Below, piece by piece: positions 37,550-47,204 of a DNA stretch of 64,000 nucleotides. The position numbers were made by a program, and so were the translations under genes. The stretch spans positions 1 through 64,000 of IMG/VR virus record IMGVR_UViG_3300045919_000302; one strand, given 5' to 3'. Position 1 is the stretch's first letter. Every line of letters starts with the position of its first letter. The notes under the pieces were generated by a model that was not told the origin of the DNA, did no database searches, and saw only the letters and a program-made list of their open reading frames with translations. This DNA is from a virus.

Positions 37550-38074
37550 ATGAAGCTCTCTGGATCTGTCGATTGCTTTGGACTCCCGGCTGTCGAGAAA
37601 GAGGCGCAGGAGATCTCCGAGGCTGAACTGAAGAAGGCCAACTGCCCCGAGTGTGGCCCTTCCTATTTCAAGAAGACATACGCCTTCGACCCAGATATGC
37701 GCCTCATCTGGCAATGCCAGAACTGCGGCCACCAGAAGGAAGTGGGGAAGCGGGCCCCTTCACCGAAGGCTCAGCAAGCCGCGCTCGACAAGATCCGGAA
37801 GGCCATCGAGACCTCCGGAACTCCTGACCATCCGACCCGGATCGTTGAGTGGACCGTCGAGAACGACGAAGGCGGATTCATCAACTTGAAAGTCTGGGCG
37901 ATGCAGGGCGAAGACAGCAACATGCTGGGCCTCGTGTCCAAGCGCCTGCTCGGGATCCGCATCAGCCCGGTCGGGGGCGTCACCGTCTATTCAGACTCAC
38001 AGGCAAAGACGAAGTCCCAGCTGAAGGATGTCGAGAGACGCCTTCGAGATGGAACCAGGACTCACTGGTGGTGA
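37550..38074 (+). CDS. Tagged zinc-ribbon protein
   Basis: MKLSGSVDCFGLPAVE...ISE|A; CPECG/CQNCG. Confidence 0.7.
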   Translation: MKLSGSVDCFGLPAVEKEAQEISEAELKKANCPECGPSYFKKTYAFDPDMRLIWQCQNCGHQKEVGKRAPSPKAQQAALDKIRKAIETSGTPDHPTRIVEWTVENDEGGFINLKVWAMQGEDSNMLGLVSKRLLGIRISPVGGVTVYSDSQAKTKSQLKDVERRLRDGTRTHWW

Positions 38075-38458
38075 TCAGACCTTTTCGAGGGAAGTCTTCC
38101 AAGCGTCAGTCTCGTCTTGAAACCAAGTCCCGCCGTGATCCCAGAAATCCATCAAGCGAGCCTCGTTCTTGACGATCCACGATCTGATGTGAGCGAGATC
38201 TTTTGCGGATACCGACTTCGTGAATTGGCGATCCTTGTGGGCCTCCACGACCTCGGGACTCTTTGAGATCGTCATGGAGAAGAATTCACTCAACCCCGGG
38301 CGATCGGCGTAGACCTTGAGCGTGGGGATTTCTGAATGCGAAGTCCGGAGCGTCTCTTCCTTACTTCTGACGTGGAGCGAGTAGTGAAGGCCCGTTTCCT
38401 GACTGCGGAAATTAGCCATCTCAACAATCACTTCGGCGCTACGACTCAGATCGGTCAT
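38075..38458 (-). CDS. Hypothetical protein, DUF4160-like
   Basis: IVE|MANF..TGL..H..P.LKV..WI.KN..L..FW. Confidence 0.5.
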   Translation of the reverse strand: MTDLSRSAEVIVEMANFRSQETGLHYSLHVRSKEETLRTSHSEIPTLKVYADRPGLSEFFSMTISKSPEVVEAHKDRQFTKSVSAKDLAHIRSWIVKNEARLMDFWDHGGTWFQDETDAWKTSLEKV

Positions 38459-38464
38459 GACGTT

Positions 38465-38493
38465 ACTCTACCTTAAATGACGCGAACTGTCAA
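38465..38493 (-). promoter_or_regulatory. sigma70-type promoter, probably giving a leaderless transcript
   Basis: TTGACA-17-TAGAGT, 6 nt before ATG 38458, no SD. Confidence 0.7.
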
Positions 38494-38501
38494 ACCTGAA
38501 G

Positions 38502-41117
38502 TCAGGCTTCGTCGTCCAGGCTGCGCCACTTGACGCCCTCGGGATCCTTCTCAGACTTCACGATCTTCGCCCACTCAGGATTGCTTTCGACGTTCGACAG
38601 AATGGTATCGATGTCCGTCACCTGAGAAGGGAACCAATCCTTGTCCGTCTTGACGTAACTGATCGCGAGATCCGGGAAGCGCTCCAGCATGTCCTGGTAC
38701 ATTTCGGAGGCTGAGCTGCCTTCATAGAAGCCCTTTCTCGCCTTGGGTAGAACATCCCGCTCGAACATCTCCAGGGTCGGAGGGCAGACGATCCGCTGGA
38801 TGTTGCCGATCTTCTGGTTGCCACGGCCGTTCTTCTTCCAGGCGACGTAGATCTCGAAGCTCTTCTCTTTCTTTACCTCGGTGATCGGAGTTGCATAGCG
38901 CTCGCGAAGGACCGACTCGACCAAGCGACCACCCCTTGGGGCTGATTCAGCTTGGCGCTTGGGTGCGTACATGTCGAAGATCCGGACCCTGGTCGAATCA
39001 ATAGGACTACCTGGAGCGTTAACGAAGTCGAGGGCTTCATCATAAGTTGAAAAGGTCTTTGCGCGGTAGAGGTGCTCGCTCCAGCCGCTCTTCGTGTGCT
39101 CGGTGTAATACCTGGGCACCGCCCTGAATTTCGTCTTGATAGCCCAGCATTCCTTCGGGATCAAGGACTCGACCACTGCGTTTTCAAGCTTCTCCAGGAA
39201 GCGGTCCATGCCGTAGTGAAGCGGCGACGGGGCGTCGGAAAGTGTAGCCCAAGTGTAATCCTGGGTCTCGGAGTTCAACCTGGGCTTGAACTCATGATCC
39301 ACCGGAATCACGTAGAAGTGGAACTTGAATCCGCCCTCTTCGTACTCGTCCACGAGCCGTGGGTTCATGGGGCCTGTGTAGCCCGCCTCTTCCGCGACCT
39401 CGCGCTTCAGTGCTTCGAGCGGAGTCTCGCCTTCATCGATCTTTCCACCGAAGGTGCTCCAGGTATTCGGCTCCGGGCAGTCAGGCCCCCGGTGCGCAAA
39501 GAGATACCGACCGGTGTCCTTGGCGTAGAAGAGTCCGCCGGCCCCGGCGAGCCTCCAGGTGATTCCGTCCGGATCCGTGTAGGCGGCCTCCTTGAGGCCG
39601 ACCTTATTGAATTTGGAATCAAACTTCTCTTTTGAGATCCCGAACTCGCTGATCCAGTCCCCATCCACAAAGGCGCAGTCGGCGTTGACTCCGGATCGGA
39701 TCGCCCGGTTCAGGCGGTGCTGCCCATCCAGAACGTAGTTGGATCCGCCCACAACCAGAACGATGCTGGCCTCCAGATCTGCCTCAGGCTTGTCTTTGAG
39801 TTCCAGGCTCGACTCCTGCTGATGGATCTTTTGGAACGTCGCGGCCTCTTCGGGAGAGACCGACCGGAGCTTGGCATTCTTGACTGCGGCATCGAACTTT
39901 TTGGCAAAGTCTGGCCACTGATCGTCATCAATCATGGAGAAGAATTGGCCGATCGCTGACTCGTGGTCCTCGGGATGGATCTCAAGACGTTCGCCAAAGG
40001 GACGATTGGGTTGCGACCATAGGGCAGCTGCGTCGTCCGACTGTGCGTCACTTTTGCGGAGCTTCCTGTTCTTTAGTTTTTCCGCATATTGATACATCGC
40101 CGTAGCAAGACCTTTACGTCGATGTTCCGGATCCACAGAGATTCCCCTCGAATAGAATCCGTGGGCAGACTTTCTGTTTGCAATGTGGGCGTGGGCAACT
40201 TCTTCACCATCCTTGGTCACACTGATTCTCAGATCATCATCGCCAGTGTCGATAGCGCAATCCTTGCAACCAGCATCTGGCGCTTCCTGATGAGTTATCC
40301 TGTACCCTTTGTTTTCCAGATCCTCTAATCCCTCAGGGATCCACGCCTTCTGCTTCTTCAGCATGTCGAAAGCACCTTTTACACTGGTGTCGTATTTTTG
40401 ATCATCCGATTCGAAGAACTTACCCGCAGGGTAGCGTCCCGGCTTCTTGAAGACCTTGTCGATGATCTTCTTGAAGACCCCATTACATCGTCTGATGTCG
40501 AAGAGAAATTCTCCCTTTTCATCCCACACTCCGTACTTACCCCGAGCGGCGGTGATCGGAATCACTAAACTCACGTCATCAATATCAAATACGACCTGAT
40601 GTTTGTCACCATCGGAGATATGCTCAGCCTCTACAGCACGATCAACTTGGAGTAGGACGGCGTTTTTCCCGTAGTCGTCGTGCCCGCCAGGGCTGGCGTT
40701 ATCCAATGTAAAAGCGAACACCAGATTCCCTGGATTAGTTCGCTCATGAAACGTCAAACCAAGATTCTCTGGCGCTGCACCTTCAACGGTCCCACTCACA
40801 AACGCCTTTGCGAAAGCAATCGGATCCTTACTGGTATGACGAACAAGCCACGTGCCTCGCGGAAGCCATTTTGGCTTGCGAAAAAAAATAGTAGTGCTCG
40901 GCTCATTCCCTTCCGCTTCGCGGATAAAATCCGAAATCCAATCTTCGCGTTCATGTGGATCTCCGTCTTCAATCTCTTCAGGGACGGAGTCTTCGGCTTC
41001 TTTTCGGGTCTGCTCATACCACTGGTCATAAGATCCGGCCATGTCGTAGAACACATCCAGCTCATCCGACTCGACAAGTGGCATTCCAAAATGATCCAAG
41101 GACTCAGAGAGCATCAC
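38502..41117 (-). CDS. Tagged polyvalent protein: ART-like, GNAT, ParB-like, NUDIX and other domains
   Basis: MLSESLDHFGMPLVES; VDPEHRRKGLATAMY (GNAT); VLDGQHR (ParB-like); GGKIDEGETPLEALKREVAEEAG (Nudix box). Confidence 0.85.
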   Translation of the reverse strand: MMLSESLDHFGMPLVESDELDVFYDMAGSYDQWYEQTRKEAEDSVPEEIEDGDPHEREDWISDFIREAEGNEPSTTIFFRKPKWLPRGTWLVRHTSKDPIAFAKAFVSGTVEGAAPENLGLTFHERTNPGNLVFAFTLDNASPGGHDDYGKNAVLLQVDRAVEAEHISDGDKHQVVFDIDDVSLVIPITAARGKYGVWDEKGEFLFDIRRCNGVFKKIIDKVFKKPGRYPAGKFFESDDQKYDTSVKGAFDMLKKQKAWIPEGLEDLENKGYRITHQEAPDAGCKDCAIDTGDDDLRISVTKDGEEVAHAHIANRKSAHGFYSRGISVDPEHRRKGLATAMYQYAEKLKNRKLRKSDAQSDDAAALWSQPNRPFGERLEIHPEDHESAIGQFFSMIDDDQWPDFAKKFDAAVKNAKLRSVSPEEAATFQKIHQQESSLELKDKPEADLEASIVLVVGGSNYVLDGQHRLNRAIRSGVNADCAFVDGDWISEFGISKEKFDSKFNKVGLKEAAYTDPDGITWRLAGAGGLFYAKDTGRYLFAHRGPDCPEPNTWSTFGGKIDEGETPLEALKREVAEEAGYTGPMNPRLVDEYEEGGFKFHFYVIPVDHEFKPRLNSETQDYTWATLSDAPSPLHYGMDRFLEKLENAVVESLIPKECWAIKTKFRAVPRYYTEHTKSGWSEHLYRAKTFSTYDEALDFVNAPGSPIDSTRVRIFDMYAPKRQAESAPRGGRLVESVLRERYATPITEVKKEKSFEIYVAWKKNGRGNQKIGNIQRIVCPPTLEMFERDVLPKARKGFYEGSSASEMYQDMLERFPDLAISYVKTDKDWFPSQVTDIDTILSNVESNPEWAKIVKSEKDPEGVKWRSLDDEA

Positions 41118-41668
41118 TGGGCCACTCCATCGACCGAAAATGCAGCGGGACTTCCTCCATGCTCCATGTGCTCGGCAAAGGCCATGACCATCTCGCCGTT
41201 CTCCTGGTGGAAGTTTCGGGCCTCCTGATCGGAATAGATCTCTTTCAGATGCGGGGTCGCATACTTCTTCCAGAGGGCCATCCGGTCGTCGAGATTTGAG
41301 AGCTGGGCATCGAGCTTCTCGTTACCAAGCTCGAACCAGAAGAGGCCCTTGTACTCGTGTTTCTTGATGTCCTTGTGGCCGACGATCTTTAGCTCGTGCT
41401 GCTTGAAGAGCATGTTGGAATGCTGGATGCGCTCGTACTCGTCGAAGTTTCCGTGCTCATCGCAACCGACGTAGTGGAACCCGCCGCCGTGGACGCCGGA
41501 ATCAGGGATGTAGAGAATGTGGCCCGAGGTCTTCCCGTCCGTCACGAGGAGGATGTCACCTGGCTTCCCGGTGGACTCGATTTCGTCCTTCCAGCTCCAG
41601 GAGGTCTTTCCGTCCTTCTTGGTTTCAGGGATGGGCATGCCAAAGCGGTCAAGGGATTCAGAAAGCAT
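41114..41668 (-). CDS. Tagged protein
   Basis: MLSESLDRFGMPIPET. Confidence 0.7.
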   Translation of the reverse strand: MLSESLDRFGMPIPETKKDGKTSWSWKDEIESTGKPGDILLVTDGKTSGHILYIPDSGVHGGGFHYVGCDEHGNFDEYERIQHSNMLFKQHELKIVGHKDIKKHEYKGLFWFELGNEKLDAQLSNLDDRMALWKKYATPHLKEIYSDQEARNFHQENGEMVMAFAEHMEHGGSPAAFSVDGVAQ

Positions 41669-41713
41669 AGGGCACATGATACCCCGAGATCCGTCCGACC
41701 TGAAGCTGTTTTG

Positions 41714-41929
41714 TCAGCTGGCTCGGTACATCTCTTCCAGGCGATCGGTCCGGCGCTGGCCCAAGCTCTTCCGGAGGAAGATGACAATGTCTCCGACGTA
41801 GCTTTGGTCTGAGTACAGACCGTCCCGGATCATCATCTGGGCCACCTCGCGCAGGTCTGTGGACTCCACCTGCTCCCGATGGGCCTGGATCCAGTTTAGC
41901 TTGGCCTGCGTGGTTGCCTTCCTCACCAT
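41714..41929 (-). CDS. Small hypothetical protein
   Basis: MVRKATTQAKLNWIQ..., the C-terminal part of track ORF 41714..42256. Confidence 0.45.
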   Translation of the reverse strand: MVRKATTQAKLNWIQAHREQVESTDLREVAQMMIRDGLYSDQSYVGDIVIFLRKSLGQRRTDRLEEMYRAS

Positions 41930-41963
41930 ACCTGACAAAGGTAGCACGCTTATTAGGGAGGGC

Positions 41964-42009
41964 AAATAAAATGGCGAAGGACCAGGCTCCCCAGCGCAGT
42001 CCTTCGCCA
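41964..42009 (-). terminator. Rho-independent terminator
   Basis: 11-bp stem TGGCGAAGGAC/GTCCTTCGCCA followed by TTTTATTT on minus strand. Confidence 0.65.
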
Positions 42010-42577
42010 CCTTCTTCGGCCGGTTACAGGCCGGCCTAGAACCACTTACCCCCGAAGCCAATGAAGAACATGACCGCCAACCTGATGGGCGGTGAAGAGA
42101 GACCCAGCGACGACGAAAGCCCCTCCGGCCACCGTTCTGAACCCGTTCAGACGAAAGCACCAAAGCGCTCCGTAAATAACTCCAAGGATGGCGACACTCG
42201 CGGTCATCATCACGCACATTCCAAGGATAATTTGAAGAATAGAAATCATTGCCCACCTGTCTTTTCAGTCTGGATCGATTCGCCGATCCTCACGTCCCTG
42301 GGGCTCCTGTGTTCTGCACAGTACTTGTAACCCCAGGCATTTAAAAAATCAGCTCGCTGCGTGCAGCGTTCGTAACGTTTGCCTTGCGCCGTCTGGCATT
42401 CACACCGCATTTCGGATCTGCTTATTTCGGACGCTTCGGAAACAGTCTCGACAGAGTCCATTCGTATCGATGTTAGAACTCTTTCCATTGAGGATAGGCT
42501 TTCCACATTTGCACACGGTGGCGCGGTGGGCTTTGCAACGCCCCCATCGATTAACGGCACGTCTACAGTCTTGACAA

Positions 42578-43873
42578 TCATGGGGCTGAGATTCCATTGA
42601 CCGTCTCCTTGAAGAGATTCTTCCATACCTGGCTCTCTTCCTTCTTCTTGACCAAACAGTAATGCTTGATGGCCTCGTGCAATAACTCGTAGCGACACTG
42701 GAGCAAGTTGCAGTTCACGACGATGTTCCCTTTGTCTGATACTGAGCGCGTCGCGTCCAGGTTGAATTTGGCCACAGTCATCTTGAACTCGAACTTCGGA
42801 TCCACCTTCCACATGACTTCAAACATCCATGCCAGGTTGCCGTCGTCGATGGGGGTCAGGGCCTGAAAGAGAGCGTAGTCCAATTCCACCGTTCGCTTCA
42901 GATCCTCGATGGATCCAAGCTTCTCACGGATGATCCCGGTGTACGAAGAGCTGGAATAGACTGGCGCGTAGCCGTAGCCGCGAACCTGCTGGGCCTCGTG
43001 CTCAGATGTGACCGGGTAACTCTTGGCGGAATTCTCCCTGAAGAACTCCTCGACCACCTTCCCTTTGACGGTGTAGTCGGAAAACTTATCCATGTACTCA
43101 ACGTCTGCGATCCCGTCCTTGAGCATCTTGGTGGCGTCGTAGAGCTTGCCCTTCTCGTTGGCCGAGAGGTAGGCCCAGAGCTTGGACGTGTTCCACCTCA
43201 GGTCAAACGAGCTGACCATATCTCGATCCCGGTTCAAGGTGAGTACAGACGGCGGGAAGTCGTAGCCGTACTCCAGCTCCTTGTCTTCGCAAACGTAGAT
43301 CCCGCCGCAGTAGATCCGGCCCTTGTACTTCTTTTCCAGGAGGACGGTTCCATCAGGGGTCTTCCGGATCGATCCAGGCGGGGGCGTGTTGATCGTGAGG
43401 AACAAGTCCCCCATCTCGTGCCACTCCTCGGGAGAGATGTTACCCACCTCAAAGAGAAGTTTGTTGCCGGACTTGGGCGCGTTCTTCACTATTTTGAAAG
43501 TGAGAACCTCGGTCCCGAAGTCGGGGCTCTTCTTGATCAACGCTTCCCAGCGCTCGTGGGTATCCCCGTTGTAAACGGTCACGGACTTGTCAGCTCGAAC
43601 GAGGGCGAGCGATCCGATTTTTGCGCCCTCTCCATGCTTCCCTCTCTGACTAGGATCATCTGTCTTGGTTGTGGATCCGAGCAACAAGCTGGATCGCTCC
43701 AGATGTACACCCCGGTTGAAGATCAGCAACTGCCTCTTACTGCGGAGATAAGTGACTCCCATCGGAAAGCCCTTGTCCTGGGCGTCCATGGCATTTTGAA
43801 TCAACTCGCGAATACCCTGCTTCATGCCCCAGTTGTTAATGTAGTTTTTAGCAATAGTCGTATAGATCAACAT
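42578..43873 (-). CDS. GHKL (HATPase) ATPase
   Basis: IRELIQNAMDA; LLLGSTTK; GKHGEGAKIG. Confidence 0.8.
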   Translation of the reverse strand: MLIYTTIAKNYINNWGMKQGIRELIQNAMDAQDKGFPMGVTYLRSKRQLLIFNRGVHLERSSLLLGSTTKTDDPSQRGKHGEGAKIGSLALVRADKSVTVYNGDTHERWEALIKKSPDFGTEVLTFKIVKNAPKSGNKLLFEVGNISPEEWHEMGDLFLTINTPPPGSIRKTPDGTVLLEKKYKGRIYCGGIYVCEDKELEYGYDFPPSVLTLNRDRDMVSSFDLRWNTSKLWAYLSANEKGKLYDATKMLKDGIADVEYMDKFSDYTVKGKVVEEFFRENSAKSYPVTSEHEAQQVRGYGYAPVYSSSSYTGIIREKLGSIEDLKRTVELDYALFQALTPIDDGNLAWMFEVMWKVDPKFEFKMTVAKFNLDATRSVSDKGNIVVNCNLLQCRYELLHEAIKHYCLVKKKEESQVWKNLFKETVNGISAP

Positions 43874-44352
43874 TCTTGTCTCTCGGGTCTCGGGATGTGC
43901 TTCCAGGATTTCCCATTGATGATGTTCATGACCGTCTGCTGGCACACGCCAAACACTTTCCCTATTTTTAAAGAGGAGTGGCCATTAGCGTATAGCCTTA
44001 ATATTTCTGGAATCTGATCCTGTTTGAGGACGTTAGTGTTTCCACTTTCCCCACAAAAATGATTCCCTCTACCCTTTCTGACCTTGTCCTGCATATTGTC
44101 CTTAGCGGTGCCGATGAACAGATGCTCTGGGTTGACGCACATCCTGTTATCGCATTGATGCAAGACCTGGAGGGTAGAGCGAAGATCAAAACCAAGATAT
44201 TTTGAGGCAGAGTATCGACTCGCAGTGACCATCTTTCCGTCTACCTTGAGTCTCCCGTAACCGTCATTCCGTGGCTTCTTTTTCCAAACCCAACAGCCAG
44301 TAGCCTGGTCTGTCTCGTAGGATGCCTGAAACCTTACCCAGTCGGTCATCAA
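43867..44352 (-). CDS. HNH endonuclease with C-terminal HTH
   Basis: GCWVW..GYG..VLHQCDNRMCVNPEHL..GTAKDN. Confidence 0.9.
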   Translation of the reverse strand: MMTDWVRFQASYETDQATGCWVWKKKPRNDGYGRLKVDGKMVTASRYSASKYLGFDLRSTLQVLHQCDNRMCVNPEHLFIGTAKDNMQDKVRKGRGNHFCGESGNTNVLKQDQIPEILRLYANGHSSLKIGKVFGVCQQTVMNIINGKSWKHIPRPERQEC

Positions 44353-45044
44353 TAGCTCCGGTGAGGGTAGTAGGCCAGATCTTCAGATTCGCGCTTATCC
44401 ACCTCGACCTTGGTTCCCCAGACCATAATCTGGAAGAGAAGTGAATCGAATGCACCCATGTGCTGCTTGTCGGCGCGGATCGCCTTCATCTTGTTGTAGA
44501 TGTCCTTCTCGTGGGCCGAAGTCAGGAGGCCGTCCTTATCGACTACCAACCGAAGAGCGCACTGATGCTCCATCTTGTCGCCTTCCGAATCGATATAGAT
44601 GAAGAAAAGGTAGGAGCTGCTGTCATCGATATGGACTGACATCTTCTCAATGTCGTTTTCACGAGCGCTCTCTTCGTGCTGCTCGCGGTACAGCTTGACG
44701 ATCTCAGAGAGTTTGTATTTCTCCTTCGGCTTCTGGAACATCTCGTCGAGCATCGACTCCAGATGCTTCTTTGCTCCCTTGAGGTAGACGTCGTCCAGGC
44801 GGGCCTTGATCTCCTGGAGAATGATGCTGTTGTATTGCTCAAGAGAAAGCCTATCCAGCTTCGAGCAAAGGTCATCGTTGATCTTCTTCTGAAGTGCCTT
44901 CGAGAAGTCCCCGTAAGACCGCAGAGCATCGCTCAGCGTTTCTTTGATGAACTTGTCCACGTTCTGTTCGACCAGAGTCTGGATGGCCCCACTTTCGACT
45001 CGCTGAGTAAACGTCTGAACAATTGCATCCTGTAACTCTTTCAT
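44349..45044 (-). CDS. Hypothetical protein
   Basis: 231-aa helical ORF in operon. Confidence 0.6.
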   Translation of the reverse strand: MKELQDAIVQTFTQRVESGAIQTLVEQNVDKFIKETLSDALRSYGDFSKALQKKINDDLCSKLDRLSLEQYNSIILQEIKARLDDVYLKGAKKHLESMLDEMFQKPKEKYKLSEIVKLYREQHEESARENDIEKMSVHIDDSSSYLFFIYIDSEGDKMEHQCALRLVVDKDGLLTSAHEKDIYNKMKAIRADKQHMGAFDSLLFQIMVWGTKVEVDKRESEDLAYYPHRSY

Positions 45045-45228
45045 CTTCTCACTCCTCTGCTACGAATGAGTCTTGTAGGGACTCCATTTCTAAACTTTTA
45101 CAAAACTCTTCCTTCAGGACTTCCAGGGCGACTGGCGCATGGTCGTCATCAGCCTGCATCATCTCAACGATCTCAATAAGTCGAGTAACGGTGCCCTGGA
45201 GGATCTCTATTCGTCGCTGGTGGTCCAC

Positions 45229-45765
45229 TCAGTAATCCTCCTCAAACATGTCGTCTTCATGGATGATCCCCATGTTTGGAACTTCCTGAAATGTACCAAT
45301 GAACGGAGAGTCTGATTCCATGTTGCCCATGAAGTCTACGTGAAACCCGTCCTCGCGAAGATCCCTCTCGCGCTGGGTCTCTGGCCGCTTCTTGGGTGAT
45401 GGCAAACGATTCGTGTCCTCGATCAGCCGGGGCGACTTCACGATCTGTTCCAGGATCTCTCGATAGGGCTGAAGGTACCGCTGTGGCAAGTCTCCGCGTC
45501 TCTCGATCTCGCGTACAAACATTCCCACCGTGCTGGCCAGGGGTTTCGGATCTACGCGGATGTCGGCGAAGTATCCTTCGGTGGTGGAGTACCTCTTCGT
45601 AAACCAGATGGGTCGCGCACCGTAGATCTCAGCCAGATGGTTGAAGATCATCTTCATCGAGTTGAAGACGTGAGAGGTTTCCATGTCCGCGAGCTTGTAG
45701 ACTCGTCCGTCCATCGCTCGCCATCTGAACTGCTTCTCGACCCGAGTGGTCACGGACTCCCCCAT
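45229..45765 (-). CDS. Hypothetical protein
   Basis: W.AMDGR...DMETSHVFN motif; start uncertain. Confidence 0.5.
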   Translation of the reverse strand: MGESVTTRVEKQFRWRAMDGRVYKLADMETSHVFNSMKMIFNHLAEIYGARPIWFTKRYSTTEGYFADIRVDPKPLASTVGMFVREIERRGDLPQRYLQPYREILEQIVKSPRLIEDTNRLPSPKKRPETQRERDLREDGFHVDFMGNMESDSPFIGTFQEVPNMGIIHEDDMFEEDY

Positions 45766-45864
45766 TGGATGAATCAGTGGTGGACCCGCGCACGCAGGCG
45801 AATCCACCACCAACGGAGGAAGGGCGATTGGCGTGCCCTTCCAAGATTGTTCGATGGGTTTGTC

Positions 45865-46233
45865 CTACAATCTGTCCTGAACTTTGGGAAGAATGTTTTT
45901 CGTCGTCCAGCGGTTTTCTTGGACGCGCTTCCAATGAAGCAAGAGCGTAATGATATCCTTAACGTAGCGATCGATCCTTACGGGATCTGGATCCTTGGCC
46001 TTGCTGATTTCTCGACACGCCATGTCTAAGTCCACAAGTTTGCTCATGTCGCAGATCAGATAGCCGGGTCGATCCCAGGGTTGATTCAGCTCGTCGATCA
46101 ACTGGAAGATGTCGTGGCAGTGGAGGAAGAGTCTCATCGTCCCAACGCTCCGGCTCTGCTTGGCCAGCGCAAAAGACTGGGCTCGTAAATGAAAGACGAA
46201 CTTACGAACGTCAAAGAGTGAGTGGACACTCAT
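45865..46233 (-). CDS. Hypothetical protein
   Basis: 122-aa ORF. Confidence 0.5.
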   Translation of the reverse strand: MSVHSLFDVRKFVFHLRAQSFALAKQSRSVGTMRLFLHCHDIFQLIDELNQPWDRPGYLICDMSKLVDLDMACREISKAKDPDPVRIDRYVKDIITLLLHWKRVQENRWTTKNILPKVQDRL

Positions 46234-46333
46234 CGCTCAATTGTTACACTTAGACTATGGAGAGTCCAGATCCGTTCCTTTTCCTGGCTATCCTTATCGC
46301 AATCGCGGCTCTCTGTATCCCGGAGGGTGAAGA

Positions 46334-46603
46334 ATGATCGGGCCTCTGCTCGTTTTCATTCTTGTGCTTGCCGCGTGCAGTGGCGATCAACTCGACAACC
46401 ATCTAACTCCGCTGCCCGAGCCCGAAGAGTCCACAACAGCTTACGACCAGCCACAGGACATCTATCGCGACGTAGACATGGACGGAGCGCTTCACTTCGT
46501 CGGGCACTGGGAGAAAACAAGAAAGGGCTTTCACTTCGTCATGGATCGGAAGTGGCGTGAAGGTCAGGATCTACCGGAACAACCAGACACGGTCGCACAG
46601 TAG
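46334..46603 (+). CDS. Putative lipoprotein
   Basis: Hydrophobic signal and LAAC lipobox; GGAGG SD. Confidence 0.65.
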   Translation: MIGPLLVFILVLAACSGDQLDNHLTPLPEPEESTTAYDQPQDIYRDVDMDGALHFVGHWEKTRKGFHFVMDRKWREGQDLPEQPDTVAQ

Positions 46604-46913
46604 ATAGTCCGGTCCGGCATCTCTACATGACTTCCTGCCAACGAGATACTGAGGCGTGGCGCACGAACCCAGAACGACGAGACCGGCAAAGACTGCTGTG
46701 GCAATCGCAGCTCGAACTAGCCATGGCATCTTCACGACTCATCCTTGAGGACGTCAATCAAGGTTCTAATTTTGATACTACATGAAACCAGGAGATAGGC
46801 CGGCCAGAGAAACAATAAGCCGAGGAGAGGGCTGGCGTCCTCGTCCGCAGAGAGGTCTTTCCAGTGATACCCGATGACGATCAGTCCAATAAGAAAGTAA
46901 ACGCCGCCTAACA

Positions 46914-47204
46914 TCACACCCTCCTCAATCCCATTTGCTGGAGATCTTGATCGCTCAAAATTGCCACGTCCACTCCCTTACCAAGAAAAACCGAACCAGA
47001 AGCGCCCAACTCCTTCAGTCTCTGGCCGTACATATAGAGCTGCTCAACGGACAGACTTCCCGGATCGACGTAGATGAAGAGGGTCTTTCCCCTGAGATCC
47101 ACGCCATGGAACAGGGGATAGAGCTTGTCGGCCACTCCGCTGTGATCCGCGTCTGCGAGCTGCACGGCCGAGATGAATGCCCTGTCAAAGTCTGCCCGGT
47201 TCAT
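46914..47204 (-). CDS. Hypothetical protein
   Basis: ATGA-coupled to the kinase gene. Confidence 0.55.
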   Translation of the reverse strand: MNRADFDRAFISAVQLADADHSGVADKLYPLFHGVDLRGKTLFIYVDPGSLSVEQLYMYGQRLKELGASGSVFLGKGVDVAILSDQDLQQMGLRRV

